In this document: in pieces, positions 36,512 through 48,382 of the stretch
Numbering within the stretch: position 1 is the first letter of the stretch
Layout of the letters: every line of letters starts with the position of its first letter
Origin: Centroscyllium fabricii
Lineage: Eukaryota
Reading direction: 5' to 3'
Length of the DNA stretch: 64,000 nucleotides
Assembly (NCBI GenBank): GCA_051313645.2
Contig: JBNRSN020000005.1
Location: 111,724,001 to 111,788,000 of the forward strand
Made by a program: the position numbers and the translations under genes
Notes under the pieces: generated by a model
Seen by the model: only the letters and a program-made list of their open reading frames with translations
What the model was told of the DNA's origin: nothing
Database searches by the model: none

Positions 36512-37391
36512 CAGGTTGCGCACCGGAAATCCGGCACGGGCGGGACCAGGCCCGTGCCGGGAAAGTGAAAAAACCGGCAGAATGAAGTCGGTCAGGGCGC
36601 ATGCGCACACCATGCAAAATGGCCGCGCGCATGCGCACAACATTGGAAATGGCCGCCGAACGATGCAGGAAAAGTCCACAACTAGTCGTCCTCTGAAAGT
36701 GCACGGCACCTAATTTAAAAAGCGGCAGCCAGGTTTCTGGATGCCCATTGCCCCGAGAGAGCCGGGCCCCCGGGAGCCGGGGATGCAGAGGGGAGGCTGG
36801 CTTTGGGAGTTCACAGCAAAGGAGTAATTGATGTTGAGGGGGGCTGAGTGGGGCCATGTGTATGTGCGGATTGGTGCAGGGGGCGGGGGCGGGAGCGGGA
36901 GGGGAGCTATTTTTAGAGTGAGTGCTCACTGGATGTGCTAGTACTGCCGAGACACGAGCCGGAGCTGTTCACTCACTCAGCCAGCCGCTCATCCACTGAC
37001 TCCAGCAGCAGCAAAGCCGGGTAAGGAACTCCGCTCAACATTCCCATTCCCATTCCCGACTCCCGCACCGGGCCAGCCTGCTCGCCGGGAACCGTGCGCT
37101 TCCAGTTGTTTTATTTTCGCCCTGACGCCACGGAAGGCCCGGCGGCCGTTTTGAATGATCTGCGCATGCGCTAGCCATCCGGCGACGCATGCGCAGATCA
37201 TTCAAAACACCCGGCAGTCATTTTGAATGATCTGCGCATGCGCTCGCCGTTCAGCGGCGCATGCGCAGATCATTCGCCGAAGCTGCGATCGCGGCTGCCA
37301 TCTTGCGCATGCGTAGTGCAGTCGGGGCAATTTGTTCCGGCAGACTGAAGCTGCCGGCGTTTCGGGTCACGGATTTTCGGTGCACAACCTG
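36512..37391. mobile_element. Tigger-like MITE, CpG-rich, with repeated GCGCATGCGC palindromes
   Basis: TIRs CAGGTTGCGCACCGGAAATCCG / CGGATTTTCGGTGCACAACCTG, TA on both sides. Confidence 0.82.
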
Positions 37392-38335
37392 TACCTGAAT
37401 TCTGCTTAGTAACTAGGAGGCAGTTAGATTAGTAACATCCCTCCACTGCATCAGTGTGAATGTTACCATCTATCCTGTTTGACCACTCGGGGTGAGATTA
37501 TGAATTTAGTGTAGAATTACAAGAGTTTAATGCTGTTTACCCGCATCATTTAGGAAGTGGATTATAAGAACATACGAAAAAGCCAAAGACGATAAAAGAC
37601 TATTCAGCCCATGAAGCTCATCGCTCTAATATTTCAATTCCCCCAGCCTAGCTTTCAACTGCATCTTGAACTCCCCTAATGTCTTTGATTCCAATTCCAT
37701 ACCTGGTAAGTCTTTCCAAATGTGAAACACCCTGAGAACAAAGATTTTTTTAAATTTTACTTTTCACTCATTTAAAATTGTATTGTCATTCTACTATCTG
37801 ACTAACCTTAACAGTAATATTCTGGGTTCACTATGTCATTTCACTCTTTATACAACACGGTGAAGTTAACATTTTTCTTTCTCAATACTGTAAAGCCTAA
37901 GCTTATCTAATCTTTCATCATAGCTCCCACTTTCATCCCACCAATCCAAGCTGGAATTGAACCTGGGCCCCAGAGGTAAAGAGGATAGAGCGATAACCAT
38001 GGCACCACTCCGTTCCTCTATCCACATGTTCCTGGGCACCTACAGTCAGAACATCATTGCATAACCCCACATCTTGTGTACAATCTGATTTTAAAAGAAC
38101 GACAGTTCTATAAATATTCCAGACCTCAAAGTAAACCTGGCTGAGTGAAGGCCTGGCTTTTGCTTTCCCATTGGGTGAGTGATATCAGAGAATCACCATT
38201 TCATCCACCTCCTCAGGCAAAGGCTAGAGTGAGGAACTCCAGCATAACATCTCAGCTACATTGCAATTACAGGAGGGGAAATAGCAGATAAAAACTAAAT
38301 ATATTTACCCATTAAAGGCAAAATTGAACCCTTAC

Positions 38336-38476
38336 CTGAAAAAATCTCAGCTGAAACAATATCATTTTCACTGATATCTCCAACACCAAAGTGGATCACA
38401 TCGAGGTTACACTGTTCATCAGCATCATAACCATCTAGGATGTTTAGAATGGCTTCAACAGACCCATCAACATCAC
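38336..38476 (-). CDS. mtif2: mtif2 coding exon (not in the ORF track)
   Basis: (G)[46 protein letters not shown](G); IF2 DVxGSVEA motif; AG/GT, 141 bp. Confidence 0.95.
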
Positions 38477-38571
38477 CTACAGGGAAACAAAATACACTTT
38501 TAAAATATTTTAATCACCATCTCAGCTTGCATTTCTACACTTATATTTATAACCAAGATAATACATTATGT

Positions 38572-39497
38572 CATAGAAACATAGAAAATAGGTGCAGGAG
38601 TAGACCATTCGGTCCTTCGAGCCTACACCGCCATTTAATGCTTTCATGGCTGAACATGCTACCTCAGTACCTCATTCCTGCTTTCTCGCCATACCCCTTG
38701 AGCCCCCTAGTTGTGAGTATTATATCTAACTCCCTTTTGAATATATTTAGCGAACTGGCCTTAACAACCTTCTGTGGCAGAGAATTCCACAGATTCACCA
38801 CTCTCTGGGTGAAGAAGTTCCTCCTCATCTCAGTCTTAAATGGCCTCCCCTTTATCCTTAGACTGTGACCCCTGGTTCTAGTCTTCCCTAACATTGGAAA
38901 CATTCTGCCCGCATCTAACTTGTCTAAACCAGTCAGGATTTTAAACGTCTCTATAAGATCCCCCCTCATTCTTCTGCACTCCAGAGGATACAAGTTCAGT
39001 TGATCCAGTCTTTCTTGATATGTCAGTCCGGCCATCCCAGGAATCAATCTAGTGAACCTTCGCTGCACTCCCTCAATAGCAAGAATGTCCTTCCTCAAGT
39101 TAGGAGACCAAAACTGCACACAATACTTCAGGTGTGGCCTCACCAAGGCCCTGTACAACTGTAGCATCACCTCCCTATTCCTGTACTCAAATCCCCTTGC
39201 TATGAAGGCCATCATGCCATTTGCTTTCTTGACCGCCTGCTGCACTTGCATTCCCACCTTCAGTGACTGATGTACCATGACGCCCAGGTCTCGTTGCACC
39301 TCCCCTTTCCCTAATCTGCCACCATTCAGATAATAGTCTGCCTCTGTATTTTTACCACCAAAGTGGATAACCTCACATTTATCTACATTGTACTTCATCT
39401 GCCATACATTTGCCCATTCACCCAACCTGTCCAAGTCACTCTGTAGCCTCCTAGCATCCTCCTCATTGTTCACACTGCCTCCCAATTTAGTGTCACT
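38572..39497 (-). mobile_element. CR1 LINE, 5'-truncated, open RT C-terminus
   Basis: ORF 38664-39587 from DTKLGG onward; tail at 38572. Confidence 0.92.
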
Positions 39498-39769
39498 GCT
39501 GGATAAAGCAGCAAGGAAACAAAAATATTCCTTATCTCCAGAACAAAATTGCAAGCAATAGACCCGATAGACTGGCAGCAGCTTCATCTGATGCCAGATG
39601 GATTCAGAATATGTGATAGCAGTCTAACAGCCCAGCAGAAAACCCAACCATCCAACCCCTTGAGCCTTCTGTGAGGAAAGGTGACAGCAATACACAATAT
39701 GCAGAATTGAAACAATTGCACTGCATCAGTGAAGCACATCATGGTCATCAAGTCTATCCAATGAGAAGC

Positions 39770-39990
39770 TAGGTTATACAGGTGAGGAAGGCCCCAGGTG
39801 CAAACCCCAGCCTCTGTTAGCTGATCTCAACTGGGATTATGGTGGGGCTGAAATAATTGCCCGAGATTAAGGAGGGAAAAAAACTGAGGGATTTAGAGCT
39901 CCTGACCACTTATCGAGCACCTCCTTCTGGAAAAATACGTGGGTGTTGGACAAGGACATGATTGGACTCGGCTGCAAGATCACCAGCACT
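39770..39990 (+). mobile_element. Old unclassified tRNA-derived SINE-like remnant (related pieces at ~13400-13600 and ~54270-54575 on -)
   Basis: Degenerate B-box-like GAAGGCCCCAGGTGCAAACCCC and weak mutual similarity by eye. Confidence 0.35.
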
Positions 39991-40174
39991 TGAATTGCAC
40001 GCCAACATTCAATATCAAGGATCATACATGCATAATAGACACTTGGGCAAGGTATCAGAGGACATTCATACAAGAAGTTAATGTCTTCAGGAGGAGGTGG
40101 GAAGAAAAGCTATTAAAAAAAATTGGTGGAAAAAAAAAAGTGCTATCTCAGTAGAATATTGTGACTGAAACATT

Positions 40175-41206
40175 AGCCCGGATATTCCGATCCCTACGGG
40201 TGGGTACACGGTGTACCCACCCGTAGGGAGATCGGAAATGCCGGTTTCAGGCATGCCAAGCGCATGCGCTGATCTATCAAGAATGTTTTTGACAGATTGG
40301 ACGCCTGCCCTGGAGAAGGGCCTCTGCGGGCGGATAGCTCCGCTTTCTGGAGCCCCTTCGCCCGCAGAAAACCTTTAGAATTCTTAAGCCTGGCAAAAGC
40401 AGGCATAAGGCCTGCTTTTACCAGGATAAGAGTTAAAAACAAAAGTTAAAAAAAGTTTCAGTCATTTATCATTTAAAAATACATTTTTTTTAAAAAAAGG
40501 TAAGTTTATTTTTAGCCCTGTAAAAAAACTTTAATTATATTTTTCAAAAAACGCAAGTTTTGTTTAAAATATTTAATTTCTTGTAATTTCAACTAATTAA
40601 AAAAATTTGATGTTTTTTAAAAATTTATTTAATGTTTTGAAGTGTTTTTGGGGTGATTTCCATTCATATATTTGACAGGTCTATCTAATAATAATAATAA
40701 ATAATAATTCAACTTTATTGTCATTATACAATGTACAAGTACATGAACAACGAAATGTGATCTTGCAAGCTCCCAAGAGTCCAGCAAAGCCGCTGCGGCT
40801 GTGCGCGCCGCCATTCCATCTTTCCATCATTCCGACAATCTTCAGCCAACCGCCCCTCCCCGGGGCTCCTTTCGTGACCTTCTGCACCTAGCATTCCCTG
40901 GTGGTCGCCCTTCCAAGTACTAACCAGGCCTGGCTCTGCTTAGCTTCCAAGCCTTGCCAGTGGCCCTGTCCCTGTCAAGTGTATGAAGGGAGATTCCCTT
41001 CTTTGATTGGCTCTCCGTGGCCCACATGATCCCAGAGATGCTTGCAAACCACATGCGCCCCTGGGATACATAGGCCCTGCACACAGAGTTCGAGGGGCCT
41101 AGCATCGGAAGTATACGCACCTCGGGAGCCCTCAGGTAAGTGAGTAGATTTTTTCCAGATTGGAGGCTTCCACACGCGGGAAGCCTCCAATCGGAAAATA
41201 TGGCCC
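40175..41206. mobile_element. Harbinger/PHIS-like MITE (copy E) hosting the 5S-SINE
   Basis: Ends AGCCCGGATATTCCGAT / ATCGGAAAATATGGCCC; homologous to 7648-8155. Confidence 0.78.
40684..40969 (-). mobile_element. 5S rRNA-derived SINE (SINE3-type) with Rex1-like tail
   Basis: 40948-40878 reads GGAAGCTAAGCAGAGCCAGGCCTGGTTAGTACTTGGAAGGGCGACC..., aligning without gaps to the 5S internal control region; tail AATGACAATAAAGTTGAATT(ATT)n; second copy at 5607-5720. Confidence 0.82.
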
Positions 41207-41401
41207 AAAGTAAATGATGTACTCCAAGGTACAGGATGGTATGTAACTCCATTATTGGTCCAAAATTGCTAGTGTTACCCCCAGAGCTGCAGTGCAACAC
41301 AGTGCATAGGATTATATATGGCTGTAACCCCCGGGTTGTGGGGGGCATAGCGGAGGACGACCTAGTAGCACAGGATGACATAGTAGCACATATCCATTTA
41401 C

Positions 41402-41654
41402 CTTTTACTATTATTGGAAGTGAAAGCTCATCCACCTCAGTCCTCTCTTTAGGCCGTGTTGCCATTAGATGTTTATTGGCTTTGTACATAGCCGATTTTC
41501 TCTGTTTCCAGTTCATGCTACTAAAGCTCTCCCGCTCCTTCTTGTATGCCTCATGGTGTTCCTTCTGTTTTGCTTCAATCACCTCAAAGTCTTGTTTGTT
41601 TTTTTCTTGTGCCTCAACATACTTCCTCCATTCTAAAACCTCTCTGGCCCTTTG
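41402..41654 (-). CDS. mtif2: mtif2 coding exon containing the mitochondria-specific insertion region
   Basis: QRAREVLEWRKY...NWKQRKSAMYKANK...LPIIVK(G); AG/GT, 253 bp, phase-compatible with neighbours. Confidence 0.93.
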
Positions 41655-43182
41655 CTGCACAGCCAAACAGGCAATTAGAAAAATGAAATAAATTAATCAA
41701 GTTTTCAGTAGCTCACAGTACAAGAGACACACATAGGAGAACATAAGAATATAATAAATAGGAGCAAGAGTAGGCCGTTTGGCCCTTCGGGTCTGCTCCG
41801 CCATTCATTAAGATCATGGCTGCTCTTCTACCTCATCTCCACTTTCCTGCACTATCCCCATATCCCTTGATTCCCTTAATACTCAAAAATCTATCGATCT
41901 CTGTCTTGACCATCAATGACTGAGCCTCCACAGCCCTCTGGGGTAGAGAATTCCAAAGATTCACCACCCTCTGAGTGAAGAAAGTTCTCCTCATCTCAGT
42001 CCTAAATGGCTGACCCCTTATTCTGAGACTGTGACCCCTGGTCTAGACTCCCCAGCCAGGGGAAACATCCTCCTTGCATCTACCCTGGCAAGCCCTGTAA
42101 GAATTTTGTATGTTTCAATGAGATTACCTCTCATTCTTCTAGTCTACTCAATCTCTCCTCATAGGACAATCCCCCCATCCCAGGGAACCAGTCTGCGAAC
42201 CTTCGTTGCACTCCCTCTATGGCAAGTATATCCTTCCTTAGGTAGGGAAACTAAAACTGTACACAATACTCGAGGCGTGGTCTCACCAGGGCCCTATATA
42301 ATTGCAGTAAGACATCTTTACTCTTATACTCAAATCCTCTTATAATAAAGGCCAACACACCATTTGATTTCCTAATTGCTTGCTGTACCTGCATGTTAAC
42401 TTAGTGATTCTTGTACAAGGACACCCAGGTCCATCTGAACACCAACATTTCCCAATCTCTCACCATTTAAAAGATATTCTGCTTTTCTATTTTTTCCGAC
42501 CAAAGTGGATAACTTCACATTTCTCCACATTATATTCCATTTGCCATGTTCTTGCCCACTCACTTAGCCTGTCTGTATCCCCTTGAAAACTCCTTGCATC
42601 CTCCTCACAACTTACATTCCCACCCAGCTTTGTATCATCAGCAAATTTCGATGTTTTACATTTGGTCCCCTCATCCAAATCATTGATGTAGATTGTTAAT
42701 AGCGGAGGCCCAAACACTGATCCTTGCAGTACCCCACTAGTTACAGCCTGCCAACCTGAAAATGACCCATTTATTCTTACTCTCTGTTTTCTGTCCTTTA
42801 ACCAATCATCAATACATGTTAGTATATTACCCCCAATCCCATGAGCCCTAATTTTGTTTAATAACCTCTAGTGTGGCAGCTTATTAAATGCCTTCTGAAA
42901 ATCCAAATACACCACATCCACTGGTCCCCCTTTATCTATTCTGCTAATTACAACCTCAAAAAACTCCCAATCCTATTATTATTTTCTAAGTGTCCTGTTA
43001 CCACGTCCTTAATAATAGATTCTAGCATTTTCCCTACTACTGATGTCAGGCTAACTGGTCTGTAGTTCTCCGTTTTCTCTCTCCCTCCTTTCTTAAATAG
43101 TGGGGTTACATTTGCCACCTTCCAATCTGCGGGAACTGTTCGAGAATCTATGGAATTTTGGAAGATGACAACCAGTGCATCC

Positions 43183-44430
43183 ATAGAAACATAGAAGATA
43201 GGAGCAGGAGTAGGCCATTCGGCCCCTCGAGCCTGCTCCGCCATTCAATGAGATCATGGCTGATCACCCAAACTCAGTAACCTTTTCCTGCCTTCTCCCC
43301 ATATCCCTTGATCCCTTTAGCCTTAAGAAATATATCCAGCTCCTTTTTGAATAAATTTAATCAATTGGCCTCTATGACCTTCTGTGGTAGAGAATTCCAC
43401 AGGTTCATCACTCTCTGGTTGAAGAAGCTCCTCCTCATCTCTGTCCTAAATAGCTTACCCCTTATCCTTACTGTGACCCCTGGTTCTGGACTCCTGCACC
43501 ATCAGTAACATCCTTCCTGCATCTAGTCTGTCTAGTCCTTTTAGAATTTTTATAAGTTTCAATGAGATCCCCTCTCATTCTTCTAAACTCCTGCGAGTAT
43601 ATGCTCAATCGACCCAATCTCTCCTCATATGTCATTCCTGCCATCCCAGCTATCAACCTGGTGAATCTTCGCTGCACTCCCTCCATGGCAAGAAAATCCT
43701 TCCTCAGATAAGGCGACCAAAACTGCACACAATACTCAAGGTGTGGTCTCACCAAGGCCCTGTACAACTGCAGCAAGACATCCTTGTTCCTGTACTCAAA
43801 CCCTCTCGCTACGACGGCCAACATACCATTTGCCTTCTTAACCGTCTGCTGCACCTGCATGCTTACCTTCAGTGACTGGAGCACAAGGACACCCAGGTCC
43901 CATTGCACTTCCCCTTCTCCCAATCTATTGCCGTTCAGATAATAATTTGCCTTCCTGTTTTTGACACCAAAGTGGATAACCTCGCATTTATCCACGTTAT
44001 ATTGCACCTGCCATGCTTCTGCCCACTCACCCAACCTGTCCAAATCATACTGGAGCTTCTCAGCATCCTCCTCACAGCACACACACCCACCCAGCTTGGT
44101 GTCATCTGCAAACTTGGAGATATTACATCTAGTTCCCTCGTCTAGATCATTTATATATATTGTGACTAGTTGGGGTCCAAGGACCGATCCCTGCGGTACC
44201 CCACTAGTCACTGCCTGCCACTCGGAAAAAGACCCGCTTATTACAACTCTTTGCTTTCTGTCTGCCAACCAGGTCTCTATCCAAGTCAATACCATGCCCC
44301 CAATCCCATGTGCCTTAACTTTACATGCTAATCTCTTATGCAGGACCTTATCGAACGCCTTTTGAAAGTCCAAATACATCACCATCCACTGGATCTCCCT
44401 AATCTATTTTACCAGTTACACCCTCAAAAA
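43183..44430 (-). mobile_element. Nested CR1, 5'-truncated
   Basis: Own tail at 43183; ORF 43468-44385 with FADDTK RT motif. Confidence 0.9.
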
Positions 44431-44777
44431 ATAGCCACCTCTTTCAAAACCCTAGGATGCAGGCCATCAGATCCAGGAGATTTATCGGCTTTCAGTCCCA
44501 TTAATTTCTCCGGTAATATTTCTTAAATTATTACTAATTTATTTCAGTTCCTCATTCTCGCGAAAGCCTTGGTTCTCTGTTATTCCCGGGAAGTCTTTTG
44601 CATCATCTTCCGTGTTTAATTTCTCTGCCATTTCCTTATTCCCCATTATAACTTCTCCTGTCTCAGCCGATAAGGGACCCACATTTACCATCACTAATCT
44701 TTTCCTTTTTACATACCTATAGAAGCTTTTACAGTCTGTTTTTAGGTCTCTCGCTAGTTTACTCTCATTCTATTTTA

Positions 44778-47700
44778 CATAAGAACATAAGAAATAGGAG
44801 CAGGAGTAGGCCAATCGGCCCCTCGAGCCTGCTCCGCCATTCAACAAGATCATGGCTGATCTGATCCTAACCTCAATTTTATTTTTACTCTCCACCCCGC
44901 CCAGACCAATGTGATCACCTGGGAGAGGTGAAAAACCAGATTAAAAAATAAAATAAAAAAGTAGCCAATTTTGGAGAAAAAAAAAATCAGGAAAATTCCT
45001 CTCCGACCCATCTAGGCGATCGAAAACTGGTCCAGGAGATCACATGGCCGATCTGAACCTAGCCTCACGTCCACTTACCAGCCCGTTCACCATAACCCCC
45101 AATTCCCTTTCATTCCAGGAAACTGTCTATCTCAGTTTTAAATTTATTCAACGTAGTAGCTTCTACAGCTCTCTGGGGCAGCAAATTCCACAGCCGCACC
45201 ACCCTCTGAGTAAAGAAGTTCCCCCTCATCTCAGTTTTGAAATGGGAGCCCCTTATTTTAAGATTATGCCCCCTAGTCCTAGTCTCACCCACCATTGGGA
45301 ACATCCTCACCGCATCCACCCGATCAAGCCCTCTCACAATCTTATATATTTCAATAAGATCGCCTCTCATTCTTCTGAACTCCAATGAGTAGAGGCCCAA
45401 TCCACTCAGCCTCTCGTCATATGTTAGCCCCCTCATCCCCGGAATTAACCTAGTGAATCTTCTCTGCACTGCCTCGAGAGCAAGTATGTCCTTTCTTAAA
45501 TAGGGACACCAGAACTGCACGCAGTATTCCAGGTGTGGTCTCACCAATACCCTGTACAACTGCAGCAAGACCTCCCTGCTTTTATACTCAATCCCCTTAG
45601 CAATAAAAGCCAACATTCCGTTGGCCTTTCTTACCACCTGCTGCACCTGCATATTAACTTTCTGTGTCCCCTGCACCAGGACCCCCAGATCCCTTTGCAC
45701 TGAAGTACTTTCCAGTTCCTTTCCATTTAGATAATAACTCGCTCTCTTATTTTTCCTGCCAAAGTGCATAACTTCACATTTTCCAGCATTATACTCCATC
45801 TGCCAAATCTCTGCCCACTCACTTAGCCTATCTATGTCCTTTTGCAGGTTTTTAATGTCCTCCTCATTCATCACCCTCCCTCCCATTTTTGTGTCATCCG
45901 CAAACTTTGATATGTTGCACTTGGTCCCTTCTTCCAAATCGTTAATATAGATTGTAAAGAGTTGGGGTCCGAGCACCGACCCCTGCGGAACACCGCTAGT
46001 GACTGACTGCCAGTCCGAGAACGAACCATTTATCCCAACTCTGTTTTCTGTTAGAAAGCCAATCCTCCACCCATGCCAGAATATTACCCCCAACCCCGTG
46101 ATTTTTTATCTTGAGTAATAATCTTCTGTGGGGCACCTTGTCAAATGCCTTTTGGAAGTCCAAATACACCACATCCACTGGTTCCCCTTTATCCACCCTA
46201 TATGTTATGTCCTCAAAGAACTCTAGCAAATTTGTCAAACATGACTTCCCCTTTGTAAAACCATGCTGACTTTGTCCTATTAAATGGTGTTTATCCAAAT
46301 GCCCTGTTACTGTTTCCTTAATAATAGATTCTAACATTTTGCCAACCACAGATGTTAGGCTAACTGGTCTATCATTTCCAGCCTTCTGTCTATTACCCTT
46401 TTTAAATAAGGGCGTTACGTTAGCAGTTTTCCAATCTGCCGGAACCTTTGCTGAGTCCAGTGAGTTTTGAAAAATTATTACCAACGCATCCACAATCCCT
46501 ACCGCCACTTCCTTCAAGACCCTAGGATGCAAGCCATCAGGTCCAGGGGATTTATCCTCCTTAAGTCTCATAATTTTCCCAAGTACCACCTCCTTAGTGA
46601 CTTTAAATGTAATTAGCTCCTCCCCCCCTAGAGCCACCTGTTTATCCAATGATGGGATATTTTGAGTGTCCTCTACTGTAAAGACGGATACAAAATATTT
46701 GTTCAGCGCTTTTGCCATCTCCATGTCTCCTACCATTAATTTCCCGGTCTCATCCTCTAAAGGACCAACATTTACTTTAGCCACCCTTTTTCTTTTTATG
46801 TAACGATAGAAACTCTTGCTATCTGTTTTTATATTTTTTGCTAACTTACTTTCATAATCTATCTTCCCTTTCCTAATCAATCTTTTTGTTATCTTTTGCT
46901 GACATTTAAAAGCTTCCCTATCTTCTATCTTACCACTAGATTTAGCTACCTTATATAACCTTGTTTTTAGTCGGATACTCTCCTTTATTACTTTACTTAG
47001 CCACGGATAGTTGTTTTTACTTTTACACCCCTTTTTCCTCAGTGGAATATATTTATCTTGAAAGTTATAAAATAATTCCTTGAATACACACCACTGATCA
47101 TGTACCGTCTTACCCTTTAATCTGTTTCCCCAGTCCACCTTAATCAATTCTGCTCTCATGCCATCATTGTCTCCTTTATTTAAGCTCAGTACCCTTGTTT
47201 GAGATCCAACCCTCTCACCCTCTAATTGAATTTGGAATTCGACCATGTTATGGTCACTCTTTCCAAGGGGATCCTTTACTAGGACATTTTTAATTAATCC
47301 TGTCTCATTACATAGGACCAGATCTAAGATTGCTTGCCCCCTGGTCGGTTCAGTTACGTACTGTTCAAGGAACCCATCCCTAATACACTCAATGAACTCT
47401 TCCTCAAGGCTGCCCTGTCCAACTTGATTAGTCCAGTCAATATGAAAGTTAAAATCTCCCATAATTATAGCTGTTCCCTTATTACAAGCCCCAACTATTT
47501 CCTGATTTATACTCCGACCAACTGTGTTACAACTGTCTGGAGGCCTATAGACTACGCCCACTAGTGTTTTTTCCCTTTATTATTTCTTATTTCCACCCAA
47601 ACTGTTTCACCATCTTGATGCTCTGAACCAATATCATTCCGCTGTATTGCCGTGATACCTTGCCTTACTAACATAGCCACCCCACCTCCCCTTCCTTCCC

Positions 47701-48382
47701 GCCTGTCCCTCCTAATCGTTAAATACCCTTGTATGTTTAATTCCCAGTCCTGGTCACCCTGTAGCCATGTCTCCGTAATTGCCACAAGATCATACCCATA
47801 TGTAACTATTTGTGCCGTCAACTCGTCCATTTTATTACGAATACTACGTGCATTCAAATAGAGGACTTTCAAATATGTCTGACACTTCATTCCTGCTTTT
47901 TCCCTTTTTTCAACTTTACCTTTATCTCCATACATGCTTTCCTTTCCTGACACACTCCGTCTTTTAATTGCCCCATTGTTACCTATGTCCATTACCTTCT
48001 CCAGTGTCATTTTATTTATTTGCTCTCTAGAAACCTCCCCCCCACTAATTAGATTTAAAGCCCTCTCTACAGCCCTAGTTATATGATTCGCCAGGACACT
48101 GGTCCCAGCCCGGTTCAGGTGAAGCCCGTCCCGCCGAAACAGTTCTCTCCTGTCCCAGTACTGGTGCCAGTGTCCCAAGAAGCAAAACCCAATTCTCCCA
48201 CACCAGTCTTTGAGCCACGCATTTAACTCCCTAATTTTATTTACCCTAGCCAAATTCGCTCGTGGCTCAGGTAATAACCCAGAGATTATTACCCTTGAGG
48301 TTGTTTTTTAGTTTGACCCCTAGCTGCTCATACTCCTGTAACAGAACCTTCTTCCTTGTCTTATCTATGTCATTGGTACCAA
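44778..48382 (-). mobile_element. Nested CR1 with ORF1 esterase end and near-complete ORF2 (two frameshifts)
   Basis: ORFs 47561-48253 (DGLHLN, LNARS, ITETW), 45996-47561, 45110-46093; ATTTT on both flanks. Confidence 0.93.

Noticed and set aside
40878-40948. Functional 5S rRNA gene
   Set aside because: 5' half missing, about 17% diverged, no oligo-T terminator, and joined to a SINE body and tail.
40920-41666. 248-aa ORF as a novel gene
   Set aside because: It is one mtif2 exon plus read-through into intron and MITE sequence; the same applies to ORFs 1889-2089, 17993-18280 and 60906-61184.
47561-48253. Apparent in-frame ORF1-ORF2 fusion in a CR1
   Set aside because: The junction reads TTAAATCTAA where the copy at ~54755 has TTAAACTAA; most simply a 1-nt insertion in a dead copy.
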